From Candidatus Latescibacterota bacterium (GTDB taxonomy: Bacteria; Latescibacterota; UBA2968; UBA8231), in contig CBDFJF010000001.1 of the NCBI GenBank assembly GCA_965248265.1, positions 1,568,001 through 1,632,000 of the forward strand: DNA of 64,000 bases, read 5' to 3'. Below are positions 9,576 through 18,508 of the stretch, one piece after another. The notes beneath the pieces are model-generated. The model made no database searches, was not told the DNA's origin, and saw only the letters and a list, made by a program, of their open reading frames with translations. Position numbers and translations under genes: made by a program. Every line of letters begins with the position of its first letter. Within the stretch, counting starts at the first letter, position 1.

Positions 9576-10556
9576 CTACCCCGGCATTGTCGAGCCGATT
9601 ACCGCTATCGCCTGCTCAGGTGACAGCGGCCCGGTATCGGCCGGAACTGTCGGACCCGCAGGAGCAGCGCCTGACGCCGCACTGACTTTCGCTTGCCTTG
9701 CGGCCTGGCGATTGCCGTTTTGCGCGGCTCTAACCTCCTCCAATGATCGACCTGAGAATTGCGCCACCAACTCGGGCACCGTCCACGGCTTCTCCGTCTG
9801 CGGATTAACCGCGCCGTCCCGAATCAATGGGTAAATACTCTGGCCGTATAGTTGAGTAGTTTCAACGCCGAACAGCTTGTGCGCCTCCTCTGTCTGCTTC
9901 TGCACTTCAGCGAAAAGGGCTTTTTGATCCCTCTCCTTGTTCTGCTGAAGCGACTCAGATGCGCTGCGAATCTGAGGCTCGTACTGGTCCAAGCGTTCCT
10001 TCGTCTGGGCCAACTCGCGTTGCAACTGATCGTTGGTTTCAGCGATCTGGGCCAGCACCTCAAGGCCAGCACGTTCAGCCGGCAGCATCTGCGGATCAGC
10101 GGCAATCACAGCACGCGCCTGTTGGGCAACCGTGCTTTGCTGCTGCTCTGGAACACCGGGCTTCTGAAGCTGTTGCATCGTCTCCAGAAACTGTTGACGC
10201 TCCTGTGCCATCTGCTGCTCACGAACCTCAAGCTGGCGCATACGTTCGGTATGCTCTGCGGCGTCCTGCTGCCGCTTGCGCGTGTAGTCTTCGTGTCGCA
10301 GGTAGCCGCGCTCTTGCTCCTCTTTGTCGGGCGCGGCTTCGGAATCAACGGAATCAGGCGAAGCGTCCTTCGCTTCGTCGTCTTTCGCCTCGTCCGATTG
10401 TCCTGTGGCGGGCTCAGGGGCTCCAGGCGCCTTGTCCATCTCTACCAGCTGCGGGCCGTCAGACGCAGAGGTCTGTTCCGGCTTGTCGCCTCCGGTATCT
10501 GCTGGGGGCTCCGATGCTTGTCCCAATGCTTCGCCCATCGGGTCGTACTCGGCCAT
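9576..10556 (-). CDS. Capsid scaffolding protein
   Basis: Acidic disordered N-terminus, GYLRHEDYTRKRQ motif, coiled coil, directly upstream of the capsid gene. Confidence 0.8.
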   Translation of the reverse strand: MAEYDPMGEALGQASEPPADTGGDKPEQTSASDGPQLVEMDKAPGAPEPATGQSDEAKDDEAKDASPDSVDSEAAPDKEEQERGYLRHEDYTRKRQQDAAEHTERMRQLEVREQQMAQERQQFLETMQQLQKPGVPEQQQSTVAQQARAVIAADPQMLPAERAGLEVLAQIAETNDQLQRELAQTKERLDQYEPQIRSASESLQQNKERDQKALFAEVQKQTEEAHKLFGVETTQLYGQSIYPLIRDGAVNPQTEKPWTVPELVAQFSGRSLEEVRAAQNGNRQAARQAKVSAASGAAPAGPTVPADTGPLSPEQAIAVIGSTMPG

Positions 10557-10582
10557 GCGTTACTGCCTCTCTGTTAAGGGCC

Positions 10583-11077
10583 TCACTCTTCGAACGAGAC
10601 CCAACTCTCCAACATCTGCTCTCGCGCCTGACCAGTGTTTTTCCGATCAATACGCGGATTGCTATGCAACTTCTCGGTCAATTCCTTGACCATTTCGTCT
10701 TCGTCCATCCCCTCCATCACGCCCACATCCGGGCTTCGAGCACTCATATCCTCGCCGCGCTCTTGTGGACCGTCGTTCATGATGTCGTCCAGCCTCTCAG
10801 GGCCGCCGACCTCAACCAGCCCTTTCTCCTTCAACAACTGCTGCTTGTGATCGTAGGACTTGACCACGCACCCGAACTGTGGGTCCACGCCGCGACCGTA
10901 GAGCGTCGAAACGGTGTTGTGAATGCCGTTGGTATGGGCCATTTCCCACGATGCGCGCCCCTTACAGCCTTCCTGACGACAGCCGATCGTCTTCGGGATC
11001 TTCGCTGACAGGATCGGCTCCGCGTCATAGAGGTGACCGCAGGAGTTGCAGCGAAATGTCCAGAGACGGAGGCCCAT
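10583..11077 (-). CDS. FmdB-like zinc-ribbon protein
   Basis: WTFRCNSCGH...CRQEGC motif; common between portal and scaffold. Confidence 0.65.
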   Translation of the reverse strand: MGLRLWTFRCNSCGHLYDAEPILSAKIPKTIGCRQEGCKGRASWEMAHTNGIHNTVSTLYGRGVDPQFGCVVKSYDHKQQLLKEKGLVEVGGPERLDDIMNDGPQERGEDMSARSPDVGVMEGMDEDEMVKELTEKLHSNPRIDRKNTGQAREQMLESWVSFEE

Positions 11078-11322
11078 TACTCGCCTCTCTCTCGCTGAAA
11101 AAGCGTTGTGCAGGGCAAAACGTGGAAATCCCGCGGCGGTTGCTCGGAGTCGGAAAATCCCCGGATAATGAGGATGTCCTGAGTGCCATGCGGAGGGGCA
11201 ACCTCCACAGCCGTGACAACGAAGTCTTCCGGCACGCTACTCTTGTCAAAGGTTTCCCATGACTCCTTGATCCAACCCTGAATTGCCACTCGCGGGATCG
11301 CGAAATGAATAGGACCAACCAT
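11077..11322 (-). CDS. Hypothetical phage protein
   Basis: ORF translationally coupled to its neighbours. Confidence 0.5.
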   Translation of the reverse strand: MVGPIHFAIPRVAIQGWIKESWETFDKSSVPEDFVVTAVEVAPPHGTQDILIIRGFSDSEQPPRDFHVLPCTTLFQRERGE

Positions 11323-11324
11323 CG

Positions 11325-11549
11325 CTATGCCGTTTTAGCCAGCCTCGACAGAGCACGACGCTGAGCAGCAGAGAGCAGATATGCGGTGGTGTCCTGGAAG
11401 TTGGTTTCCTGAAAACCGTCTACGACCTCCTGGATTTGATCGCGTATCGTTTGGAGGTCAGCCTGCCCACTGGAAACCGCCTGCTCCAATTCCTGCACTC
11501 TTGAAGCCTGCTCGTCATGCTCTTCTACAGCTGCTTTGTTCTTTGCCAT
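11325..11549 (-). CDS. Hypothetical coiled-coil phage protein
   Basis: ORF with SD (GAGG) in the operon. Confidence 0.55.
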   Translation of the reverse strand: MAKNKAAVEEHDEQASRVQELEQAVSSGQADLQTIRDQIQEVVDGFQETNFQDTTAYLLSAAQRRALSRLAKTA

Positions 11550-11555
11550 CTGAAG

Positions 11556-11768
11556 TCAATCCTCTGTGAAGTCCCATTGCTGGGCGGTCTCAGTGAACCA
11601 CGTTTCAGCCTCTTCCAGGCTGTTCACGCGGGTGCTCTCTTCCTTATGCGGCATTTTGCCCTTGCGCCACGATAGCCAGACACGCCAACAGGGCTCCGGA
11701 CGGCTGTCGAGGTCCGACACCAGCTTGATGTACCAGCCTGAGTTGATCAGGGCGTCGAGGGCTGTCAT
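11556..11768 (-). CDS. Hypothetical phage protein
   Basis: ATGA overlap with the portal stop. Confidence 0.55.
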   Translation of the reverse strand: MTALDALINSGWYIKLVSDLDSRPEPCWRVWLSWRKGKMPHKEESTRVNSLEEAETWFTETAQQWDFTED

Positions 11769-13972
11769 GTCTGCTGCTCCTGCCTGAACTCCGCTTCCGC
11801 GGCCTGTGCGGTTTCCTGCGCGTTGCTACGCACCTGGCCGATTATCCCTTGCGGAACGTCGCCGCCCCCAACAGAGGCCGGTCGACCCTGTGTCTGCGCC
11901 TGGCGCTCGGCCAAGGCCTGTTCATGTGCTTGTTGGTGCTGAAATGCCAGAGTGTCGATCTGCTGTAAGGCGAGAGCCGCATGCGGATCAGCGGGGCGCC
12001 CATCAAACGACATCTGCTGAGAGCGAATGGCAAGCTCCTGATACTGCTCGTGATTGCGATACTCCGGCAGTATCTGCAAATGGGCCTGATGGTCCTGTTC
12101 TGGCAGGACGCCAGGGTCCTGGAACTGAGTAACGATCAGCACGTTCTCCAGCTGCTGCGCCCTCTGCTCTGCCGGGTTGACGTCGTCGATCATCAGCTTT
12201 TCTACATCCGCCACATCAAACCCCTCGGCCATCTGCTTAGCGAGCTCGCGACGGTCAAAAACGTCTGTCAGCTGAATCGCCCTATCAAAAAAGGCCAGGA
12301 ATTTATCCTGCTGCAGCTGCTTGAACAGGGGCTGCATTGACCCAGCCTGCACGGAAATGCGGTACTTCCACAGGAAATCAGAGGTCCGCAGAGTACGCGT
12401 GAACCGTCGCTGGCCGTCAGGTGCAACATTTTGCTGGAAGGCTTCGGGCGTGTAGCGGTAGTCACCCATGATCGTGAACGCAGAACGGGCCATGCTGGTG
12501 TAGACCTCACTTACCGCTGCCTCGCCCCATTGCTCGTTGACCTCCGCCGCCGCGCCGATCAGCGCCGCCTGCGTAGCCGTCATGCCGCCGGTGTCTTGTA
12601 TCTGCCTGGTCCGAGCGAAGCGGTCGATGTGGAAGCGCAGCAGCTCTTCATGCTGCTGCTGCCCCTGACTCGGACCTCCCCAGTCGGCCTCCTTCCAATT
12701 GTCCTTGTTGGGCACGAACACGATCTCCCCGTCCTCTGCCCGACGCACGGCGTCTCCGACGCCCGCTTCCTGCGCCCCCTCTTTCTCGGACTCATTGGCA
12801 ATGATGAAACGAGAACCGCGCTTCAACTGCGACGACGACCTCGACAGCGATTCGATCACGCCGTCCTGCAGATCCTTGAGATACGACAGGTGCGCGTTCG
12901 GGTAGTAGGACATCGGATGCACGTCCAGCTTGGTGATGACGAAGGGAAAGCCATGCTGGACCAGCCAGCCACGAGCAGGAGTGCCGATCTCACCGTCGGC
13001 ATGCTTCGTCTCCAGGTCCACGATCGGGTCACCTGTCTCGTCGAACATTGGCTGCTCGCCCCATTCGCCGGTCTCAGGGTCCGCCCCCAGCTGCGTGCGT
13101 TGCGTATAAGCCCGACGCATGAACGGGTGCGGGACCTCCTTGATCGGCTCGTCGACGCCAGGCGAGAACATGATGAGCCGCCGCGGATCTTTCTTGCTCT
13201 CTGACCCTGGCACGTGCGTACGACAGTGAATTCGATCCACCAGCACGAACTCGCCGTTCTCGATCGCTTCCTGCAGCGCTTTCTGCTCGGCGGGCATGGT
13301 ACGGGCGTCGTCCATCGTCTCCCCGAAGCCCAGCTTGTCGTCACCGCCCTTGCCGGTAGCCTTGATCTTGTCGCGATGCTGGATGCTCTTGTCGTCTTTG
13401 AGGTACTTCAGCGGCACCCACATCTTCTCGCGCACGTAGCGACCGTGACCGAACTGATGCGGGGGCAGCGTTGGGTCCAAATGCACGAAGAAAGGAGGTC
13501 GGCGGTTGAAACTCACCAGATCCTCAGCGTCAGGATCGTTGGCCGACCACGGCGCGATGATGTCATCGCCGGGGGGATTGATGTCGATACCGATCTTGCC
13601 CAACCGGCAAAACAGCGCGTCAACGATGCTCTGCTGCACGTGCGCCTTGGTATCCGTGATCTCGAACAGGCTCTTTGATGCCCGCTCCAGCAAGCTTTCG
13701 ACGTCGATGCCCTCCACGTCCTGTACCTCGTCGTCGGTCACCTCGAAGAACAGCCGCGGATAGTTGAAAGCGACTGTGGCGACCACCTCCCTGACGACGG
13801 GTTGAAACTCAGAGACCTTCATCAGCTCGGTCTGCTTCAAGTCGCGCACCCGACGGCGGAACTCGAGGTCAAACATCTCGACCAGATCCTTGGCCTGCCG
13901 CTGGCGCTCCTCGTACAGCGTGTCCAAGCTGGCCATTTCGGCCCGCCAGAATTTGATTTCGGCCGCTTTCAA
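11765..13972 (-). CDS. Portal protein
   Basis: ~735 aa, downstream of terL; TATQA motif, DHQAHL motif and Gln-rich C-terminal barrel as in P22-like portals; probable TTG start after GGGAG. Confidence 0.85.
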   Translation of the reverse strand: MKAAEIKFWRAEMASLDTLYEERQRQAKDLVEMFDLEFRRRVRDLKQTELMKVSEFQPVVREVVATVAFNYPRLFFEVTDDEVQDVEGIDVESLLERASKSLFEITDTKAHVQQSIVDALFCRLGKIGIDINPPGDDIIAPWSANDPDAEDLVSFNRRPPFFVHLDPTLPPHQFGHGRYVREKMWVPLKYLKDDKSIQHRDKIKATGKGGDDKLGFGETMDDARTMPAEQKALQEAIENGEFVLVDRIHCRTHVPGSESKKDPRRLIMFSPGVDEPIKEVPHPFMRRAYTQRTQLGADPETGEWGEQPMFDETGDPIVDLETKHADGEIGTPARGWLVQHGFPFVITKLDVHPMSYYPNAHLSYLKDLQDGVIESLSRSSSQLKRGSRFIIANESEKEGAQEAGVGDAVRRAEDGEIVFVPNKDNWKEADWGGPSQGQQQHEELLRFHIDRFARTRQIQDTGGMTATQAALIGAAAEVNEQWGEAAVSEVYTSMARSAFTIMGDYRYTPEAFQQNVAPDGQRRFTRTLRTSDFLWKYRISVQAGSMQPLFKQLQQDKFLAFFDRAIQLTDVFDRRELAKQMAEGFDVADVEKLMIDDVNPAEQRAQQLENVLIVTQFQDPGVLPEQDHQAHLQILPEYRNHEQYQELAIRSQQMSFDGRPADPHAALALQQIDTLAFQHQQAHEQALAERQAQTQGRPASVGGGDVPQGIIGQVRSNAQETAQAAEAEFRQEQQT

Positions 13973-14247
13973 TTCACACTCCCGTTGTCGGGCAAAGACA
14001 GACCGCCCGGTATGGACGTCGCCGGCATGATGCGCTGCATCTGGATCTTGATGCCCGCGTGATCGGCAAGGCGCTTGAGCGCCGCCATGACTTGGGGTGC
14101 GTGGCCAGGCGGCATCTGAGCCCCACCCAACACGACAAGACTGACGACGGTCATAACCAGCGTCATATCCGCCACCCACATATCTCCAGGATCAGCCTCT
14201 TCGTCGGGGGCATCCGGTTCTTGCGGGAATTCGAGCTCGTCCGTCAC
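13969..14247 (-). CDS. Hypothetical protein with one hydrophobic segment
   Basis: Coupled to terL and portal by overlapping start/stop codons. Confidence 0.55.
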   Translation of the reverse strand: MTDELEFPQEPDAPDEEADPGDMWVADMTLVMTVVSLVVLGGAQMPPGHAPQVMAALKRLADHAGIKIQMQRIMPATSIPGGLSLPDNGSVN

Positions 14248-15629
14248 GCTATCGCTCTCCCTTGTTCGTCCATCTGCATGAGTGCATCGAGGACTGCCTT
14301 GCCCGTGTTCGGCGCCGTCACCGTCTTCTTCTTTGCCGGACGAGGCTTGTAGACGTGGTTTATGCCGTATCGCAACCCGTCGTAGGGGTGATCGTTCCCG
14401 CCCTTCAACACGTCCTCAGGATCGTGTGGGTCTCGCATCACAGTGCCCAAGCTCTCAAGCACATGTTCCGTCTTACCGCGGAAAAACTTGAGGCGGCCGG
14501 CGTAGAGCAGATCCTTGACGTTGCGAGCTCCGTTGACCCGCTCCATGTTGGCGCGAGTAAGGTGGATGCCCTGCTTGACGAAGCTGTCTACTGGAGCTGC
14601 CGCCTGGGTAGCCTCTCCTGGCTTGCGCTTCGTCCACATATCGTGAGGAGCCAGATGGAGCCGGCAACGGTCTTTGCGCAGACGGAAGTAGTTGTCGAGC
14701 ATCGCCAGGACACCGCGCGCATGATCGGCACCACCTGCATCTTCTCTGTAGTACTCGTCCACGACATAGACATTCCAGTCGGAGTCAACAGCGAGTAGCC
14801 CGCACCACGTCGCCATACTCTCGCCGTAATCCATGCAAGTGAAATGAGCCCAGCCCTCGGGAATCTCGAACGAGTCTTCCTCGACTTCAGAGCGCCGGAA
14901 CATGGAGAAGTAGGCCCCGACGATGGCATCCCAGTCACCCTCCAACCAGCCCTTGATCAGCTCAGGATCACCGACTCCCCTGAGCCTGTCGATGTAGCCG
15001 GGGTCCGCCTGGAGCCCTATGCGGTTATCCTTGACCTTGGAGGGGATGAACATGCGAGTGGTCTTGGTAGCGTCGTCTCTGATCAGGTGGTATCCGTATT
15101 TGTGGGTATTGATCTGGAAATACTCTTTGATCTCGGCGTGACAGCGACCACCAGGGTTACCAGTAGCGCGAATGCGCTTGTTGCGCGCAGGGCCTCTGAG
15201 GCGTGACTTCATGCGGTGGTAAGGCTTCATGGTCTCATGCAGAGGGAGTTCGTCCCAGCCAATCCAGGAATAGGAAAACCCCATGTACTTGGTGAAGTCA
15301 TTGATCGAGTCGAGGCTTCTGAGCCTGAGCACAGCCCCGTCAGGCCAACGCCAAGTCTTAGTGCCGACCTGATACTCAGCACCCATCTGAGGGAAGATTT
15401 GCAGCGCACACTCGATGATCTCTTCGAGCTCGGGGAACGACTGGCGGAACAGGATGCCAACCCAGTCTGAACCTTGATCGACGTCTGAAGCGAAGTCACC
15501 GAGAAGGAACTGCGTCTTGCCCCCGAAGACGGCGCCGCCGTAGAAGAGTTCGTCACAGAAGCTGGCCGTGGCACAGGCATCTGACTGAGGACCGGGCTGC
15601 GGACTCCAGCAGTAGCGGTCACTTTCCAT
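14244..15629 (-). CDS. terL: Terminase large subunit
   Basis: PQPGPQ, YGGAVFGGKT (Walker A), WIGWDE (Walker B), ATGNPGG, nuclease MDYG and DHPYDGLRY. Confidence 0.95.
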   Translation of the reverse strand: MESDRYCWSPQPGPQSDACATASFCDELFYGGAVFGGKTQFLLGDFASDVDQGSDWVGILFRQSFPELEEIIECALQIFPQMGAEYQVGTKTWRWPDGAVLRLRSLDSINDFTKYMGFSYSWIGWDELPLHETMKPYHRMKSRLRGPARNKRIRATGNPGGRCHAEIKEYFQINTHKYGYHLIRDDATKTTRMFIPSKVKDNRIGLQADPGYIDRLRGVGDPELIKGWLEGDWDAIVGAYFSMFRRSEVEEDSFEIPEGWAHFTCMDYGESMATWCGLLAVDSDWNVYVVDEYYREDAGGADHARGVLAMLDNYFRLRKDRCRLHLAPHDMWTKRKPGEATQAAAPVDSFVKQGIHLTRANMERVNGARNVKDLLYAGRLKFFRGKTEHVLESLGTVMRDPHDPEDVLKGGNDHPYDGLRYGINHVYKPRPAKKKTVTAPNTGKAVLDALMQMDEQGRAIA

Positions 15630-16221
15630 TGCTCCCGACTGCCGCCATCTCGCCGTAGACGTGACCCATCCGCTGCTCTATCCAGTCCTCGTAGGACTCA
15701 GGCCGCGGCGGGCTATCAACCTGCCGATGCTCAATGCTTCCCGATATCTCCACCTTCTGCCGATCCACGAACATGTTCAGATGCTTCGCGAGACTATCCA
15801 GTGCTGATATCTTGCTGTGGAGCTTGAAACGTGTCTTCTTCACCAATGGCGCATTCTCGCCGGCGCCGTCCACATACTCCTCTTGCACTATCTCTGAGAT
15901 TGCTCGAGTGGCCCCTTCCGACATTGCACTCCAGTCGAAATACACCATCCCGTTGTCTTCGAGGCGCAGGTAGTTGCTGATGTCGGCGAAAGCGATGGCG
16001 GCATACTCCTCAAGCACGCGATCGACGGTGATCTGGGTGCGTTCGGAGACCACGGCCCTGGCTTCGGCGATCGCAGCCGCTATTACTGGTTTGTGGAGGT
16101 TCTCCGTCCCGATTTTATGTGCCGTCCTCGGACTGTATCCGGCCCGCTTCGCCGCCTGGGTCGCGTTCAAATCGACGAGGTACTCCTCGACGAAACGCTG
16201 CTGTTTGGGGGTGAGCTTCAT
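15619..16221 (-). CDS. terS: Terminase small subunit
   Basis: LTPKQQRFVEEYLVDLNATQAAKRAGYS and KLHSKISALDSLAKHL motifs. Confidence 0.95.
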   Translation of the reverse strand: MKLTPKQQRFVEEYLVDLNATQAAKRAGYSPRTAHKIGTENLHKPVIAAAIAEARAVVSERTQITVDRVLEEYAAIAFADISNYLRLEDNGMVYFDWSAMSEGATRAISEIVQEEYVDGAGENAPLVKKTRFKLHSKISALDSLAKHLNMFVDRQKVEISGSIEHRQVDSPPRPESYEDWIEQRMGHVYGEMAAVGSNGK

Positions 16222-16225
16222 GGTT

Positions 16226-16300
16226 TGGTAGCAGGGACGGGATTCGAACCCGCGACCTTCTGGTTATGAGCCAGACGAGATACCGTTTCTCTACCCTGCA
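16226..16300 (-). tRNA. tRNA-Met (CAT), initiator-like, CCA encoded
   Basis: Reverse complement TGCAGGGTAGAGAAACGGTATCTCGTCTGGCTCATAACCAGAAGGTCGCGGGTTCGAATCCCGTCCCTGCTACCA folds as a cloverleaf; unpaired 1:72 (U:U), A11:U24, TTCGAAT T-loop. Confidence 0.95.
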
Positions 16301-16606
16301 TCATAAATCGACCTCGAGATGTACGTGTGTTGGCTCCCGCACCACATCGAAATCAGGATTGAGCTCCTGCAGATCGATCACGATGTAGTCGATTTCCTCG
16401 TTGGTCAGATGCCAGATGCGACAGTCGATAGCCAGATTCACGTAGTGCTTGGAGTGATCGGAGTGCTTGCCGTCGCAACCGGCCGTGATGACAAACTCAA
16501 AATCAGGATGCGACGCATGCCAGTTGAAGATGGCCTCGATATTGGGCAGATATCGAACGATCTCCTGCCGGAGAAAGCGTATGTCGACGCCGTCTTTGAG
16601 CTTCAT
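16301..16606 (-). CDS. Peptidase M15-like (Hedgehog/DD-peptidase fold), putative endolysin
   Basis: SKHYVNLAIDCR (H-x6-D) and HVHLE zinc-binding motifs. Confidence 0.8.
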   Translation of the reverse strand: MKLKDGVDIRFLRQEIVRYLPNIEAIFNWHASHPDFEFVITAGCDGKHSDHSKHYVNLAIDCRIWHLTNEEIDYIVIDLQELNPDFDVVREPTHVHLEVDL

Positions 16607-16961
16607 AGGCTGTTGACCCGTAACTACCTGTGCCCGTTCTTCTTACACACAGGGCGCGTGATGTTGGAAGACCTCTCGCGCTACCCTGAGTGGTGGCGAT
16701 GCCGCTGGGGTTTGAGACCCCACCAGGCTTGTCACGCCGCCCCTGTCGCAAGTGACATAGCGGCGGATGGCGTTGCAGTAGAGGCACCTCGCAAAGGCAA
16801 CGACTGGACAAGCTTCCTCCGAAGCCCCAGACGACCTGCGCGAATCTCCACTACAACGTCCCCGCTCCGACCTGTCTCGAGCAGGAAGGAGCAGACCACA
16901 CACGTAAACGACATAGCTCGTTTTCGTGGCCGGTCACGAAGCGAGCATTGAGAGAAATCCA

Positions 16962-17045
16962 ATGTTCCGCTTCAAAATCCGGGTTTCTATCAAGCTGTCG
17001 AAAGCCTGGCGAGCTCTATTCGCCGTCGCTTTCGGCCTTGAATGA
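16962..17045 (+). CDS. 27-aa cationic amphipathic peptide (MFRFKIRVSIKLSKAWRALFAVAFGLE), candidate type I toxin
   Basis: Manually read ORF with a GAGAG SD, a hairpin upstream and an intrinsic terminator 15 nt downstream. Confidence 0.5.
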   Translation: MFRFKIRVSIKLSKAWRALFAVAFGLE

Positions 17046-17060
17046 TTCCCGGCACTGTGT

Positions 17061-17095
17061 GGCGGTGAGGGCTTCGGCCTTCATCGCCTTTTTTT
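17061..17095 (+). terminator. Rho-independent terminator
   Basis: GGCGGTGAGGGC-TTCG-GCCTTCATCGCC-T7; C(UUCG)G tetraloop; G-U pairs form only on the + strand. Confidence 0.85.
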
Positions 17096-17332
17096 GATGC
17101 GGCGGGAGCCGGGACCCCAAGGCCACCAGATTTCTCTGAAACGGCTCCCGCCACACTTTCATCCCGGCTCGACGCCTCTATACGCCTGGCCAGAACGAGA
17201 AAACGGGCGTCCCCTGTTTGGTGATAGAGGACACCCGTTATTTGATAGTGCTGCTGTCTGGGCGGTTCTGCAAACCGCCTTTCGAGGGAAATCTACAAAA
17301 TCAGAACGCTCCCAGTCAAGAGGTGCTGCACG

Positions 17333-18103
17333 TTACTTCGCCGCCCACTCGAGTATGGACGCCGCCATACCCCCCAGAATCACACCGGCCGCCATGGTTC
17401 CGAAGTGCGGCGGCAGCAACGTCTGCAGCTGAGACAGTCGCGTGAAGGCGATTGACGGCTGCCATTGGACGACCCCGCCGTTGTAGCTCCAGTTGAGCCG
17501 GGTCCACATCGCCGAATACATGATCAGCGCCGTCAGGATGGCCGCGATGGGCCAGATTGCCGGCCCCATGTCCGGACGCCCGGGCAGCAGGAGCAGGGCC
17601 GAGCCGGATTGGGTGGCCAGATTGGTGAGGAGGAACCATTGGCGCATGAGGACGCCGTAGACGACGAACCAGACCGCCGACGACGAAGTGAAGGCGAAGG
17701 ACCAGTCGACGACGGAGCGGTCGAGGAGAAGCCAAGTGGCGGTAACGAACCAGGAGGTGGCCACCGCGGCAATACAGGAAGCGGCAGCGGCGAGCTTGGC
17801 GGCCGTGTTCTTGCGCTTGGTGCGATCATCGACGATCTCGGCGATGACGAGATCGTCCACCTTGCAGCGCAGGGCCTGGGCGATGTAGAACAGCGAGCCG
17901 AAGTCCGCCTGTTCCAGCGACGACCCCTCGTAGTGCAGGACCCGCGACAGGTTTTGCCGAGTCATATCGCAGCGCTCAGCCAGCTGGGCGTCAGATGGAA
18001 TTCCCAACTCCTCACGCCGCTGACGGACGTACTCCTTGTTCACACGCACGAGCCGTGCGCCTTTTTTCAGGGGCGATGCGCTTTTCTTCTTGTGCTTGGC
18101 CAT
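17333..18103 (-). CDS. Cro/C1 (XRE) HTH domain fused to a multi-pass membrane domain
   Basis: SDAQLAERCDMTRQNLSRV...IAQALRCKVDDL followed by about four hydrophobic helices. Confidence 0.75.
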   Translation of the reverse strand: MAKHKKKSASPLKKGARLVRVNKEYVRQRREELGIPSDAQLAERCDMTRQNLSRVLHYEGSSLEQADFGSLFYIAQALRCKVDDLVIAEIVDDRTKRKNTAAKLAAAASCIAAVATSWFVTATWLLLDRSVVDWSFAFTSSSAVWFVVYGVLMRQWFLLTNLATQSGSALLLLPGRPDMGPAIWPIAAILTALIMYSAMWTRLNWSYNGGVVQWQPSIAFTRLSQLQTLLPPHFGTMAAGVILGGMAASILEWAAK

Positions 18104-18202
18104 CTCACCGCGTATCGTATTGAATGTCCTCGTTAATGAGGACAAAGAAACAATGGGAGACGGGGGGTGTCAAGTACGAACAGCGGGGGGATTACCAACG
18201 AT

Positions 18203-18218
18203 TGTGACAGAGATCACA
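18203..18218. promoter_or_regulatory. CRP-family-like site TGTGA-N6-TCACA
   Basis: Exact TGTGAcagagaTCACA in the intergenic region between divergent genes. Confidence 0.45.
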
Positions 18219-18348
18219 TTGCCAGAGAAAGACGGCCAACAGCTACAGAGAACGGATAAGCCGCTCCGGCCAAAACCTGATTTCCTGTTGCCAGGGAGTC
18301 GATCGCGATGTTTATTGAGCCAACAGCCTGCCCCGGCTGAGCGAAACA

Positions 18349-18501
18349 ATGGAGAGAGTGATGTGGTGGGCTACTTTGGCGCTGGGATTAGTGCTCTGGT
18401 GGACTGGCGGATTGGGACAATGGTGGATCACTGCCGCATTCGTGGGGCTTTTAATAGTGCTTGCGGCAAAGCAGAACCAAAGGCGGAAAGAAGAGGAATA
18501 G
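18349..18501 (+). CDS. 50-aa membrane protein (MERVMWWATLALGLVLWW...)
   Basis: Manually read ORF; two hydrophobic segments and a basic tail. Confidence 0.55.
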   Translation: MERVMWWATLALGLVLWWTGGLGQWWITAAFVGLLIVLAAKQNQRRKEEE

Positions 18502-18508
18502 GTCCCGA

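Noticed and set aside
13973-14179. N-terminal extensions in the ORF track for the portal (also 6877-7029 and 5187-5309)
   Set aside because: They overlap upstream genes; downstream starts with an SD or ATGA coupling fit better.
17221-17249. TTATTTGATAGT resembling an inverted S7 left arm
   Set aside because: No matching second arm at 6-bp spacing; it is part of a hairpin region.
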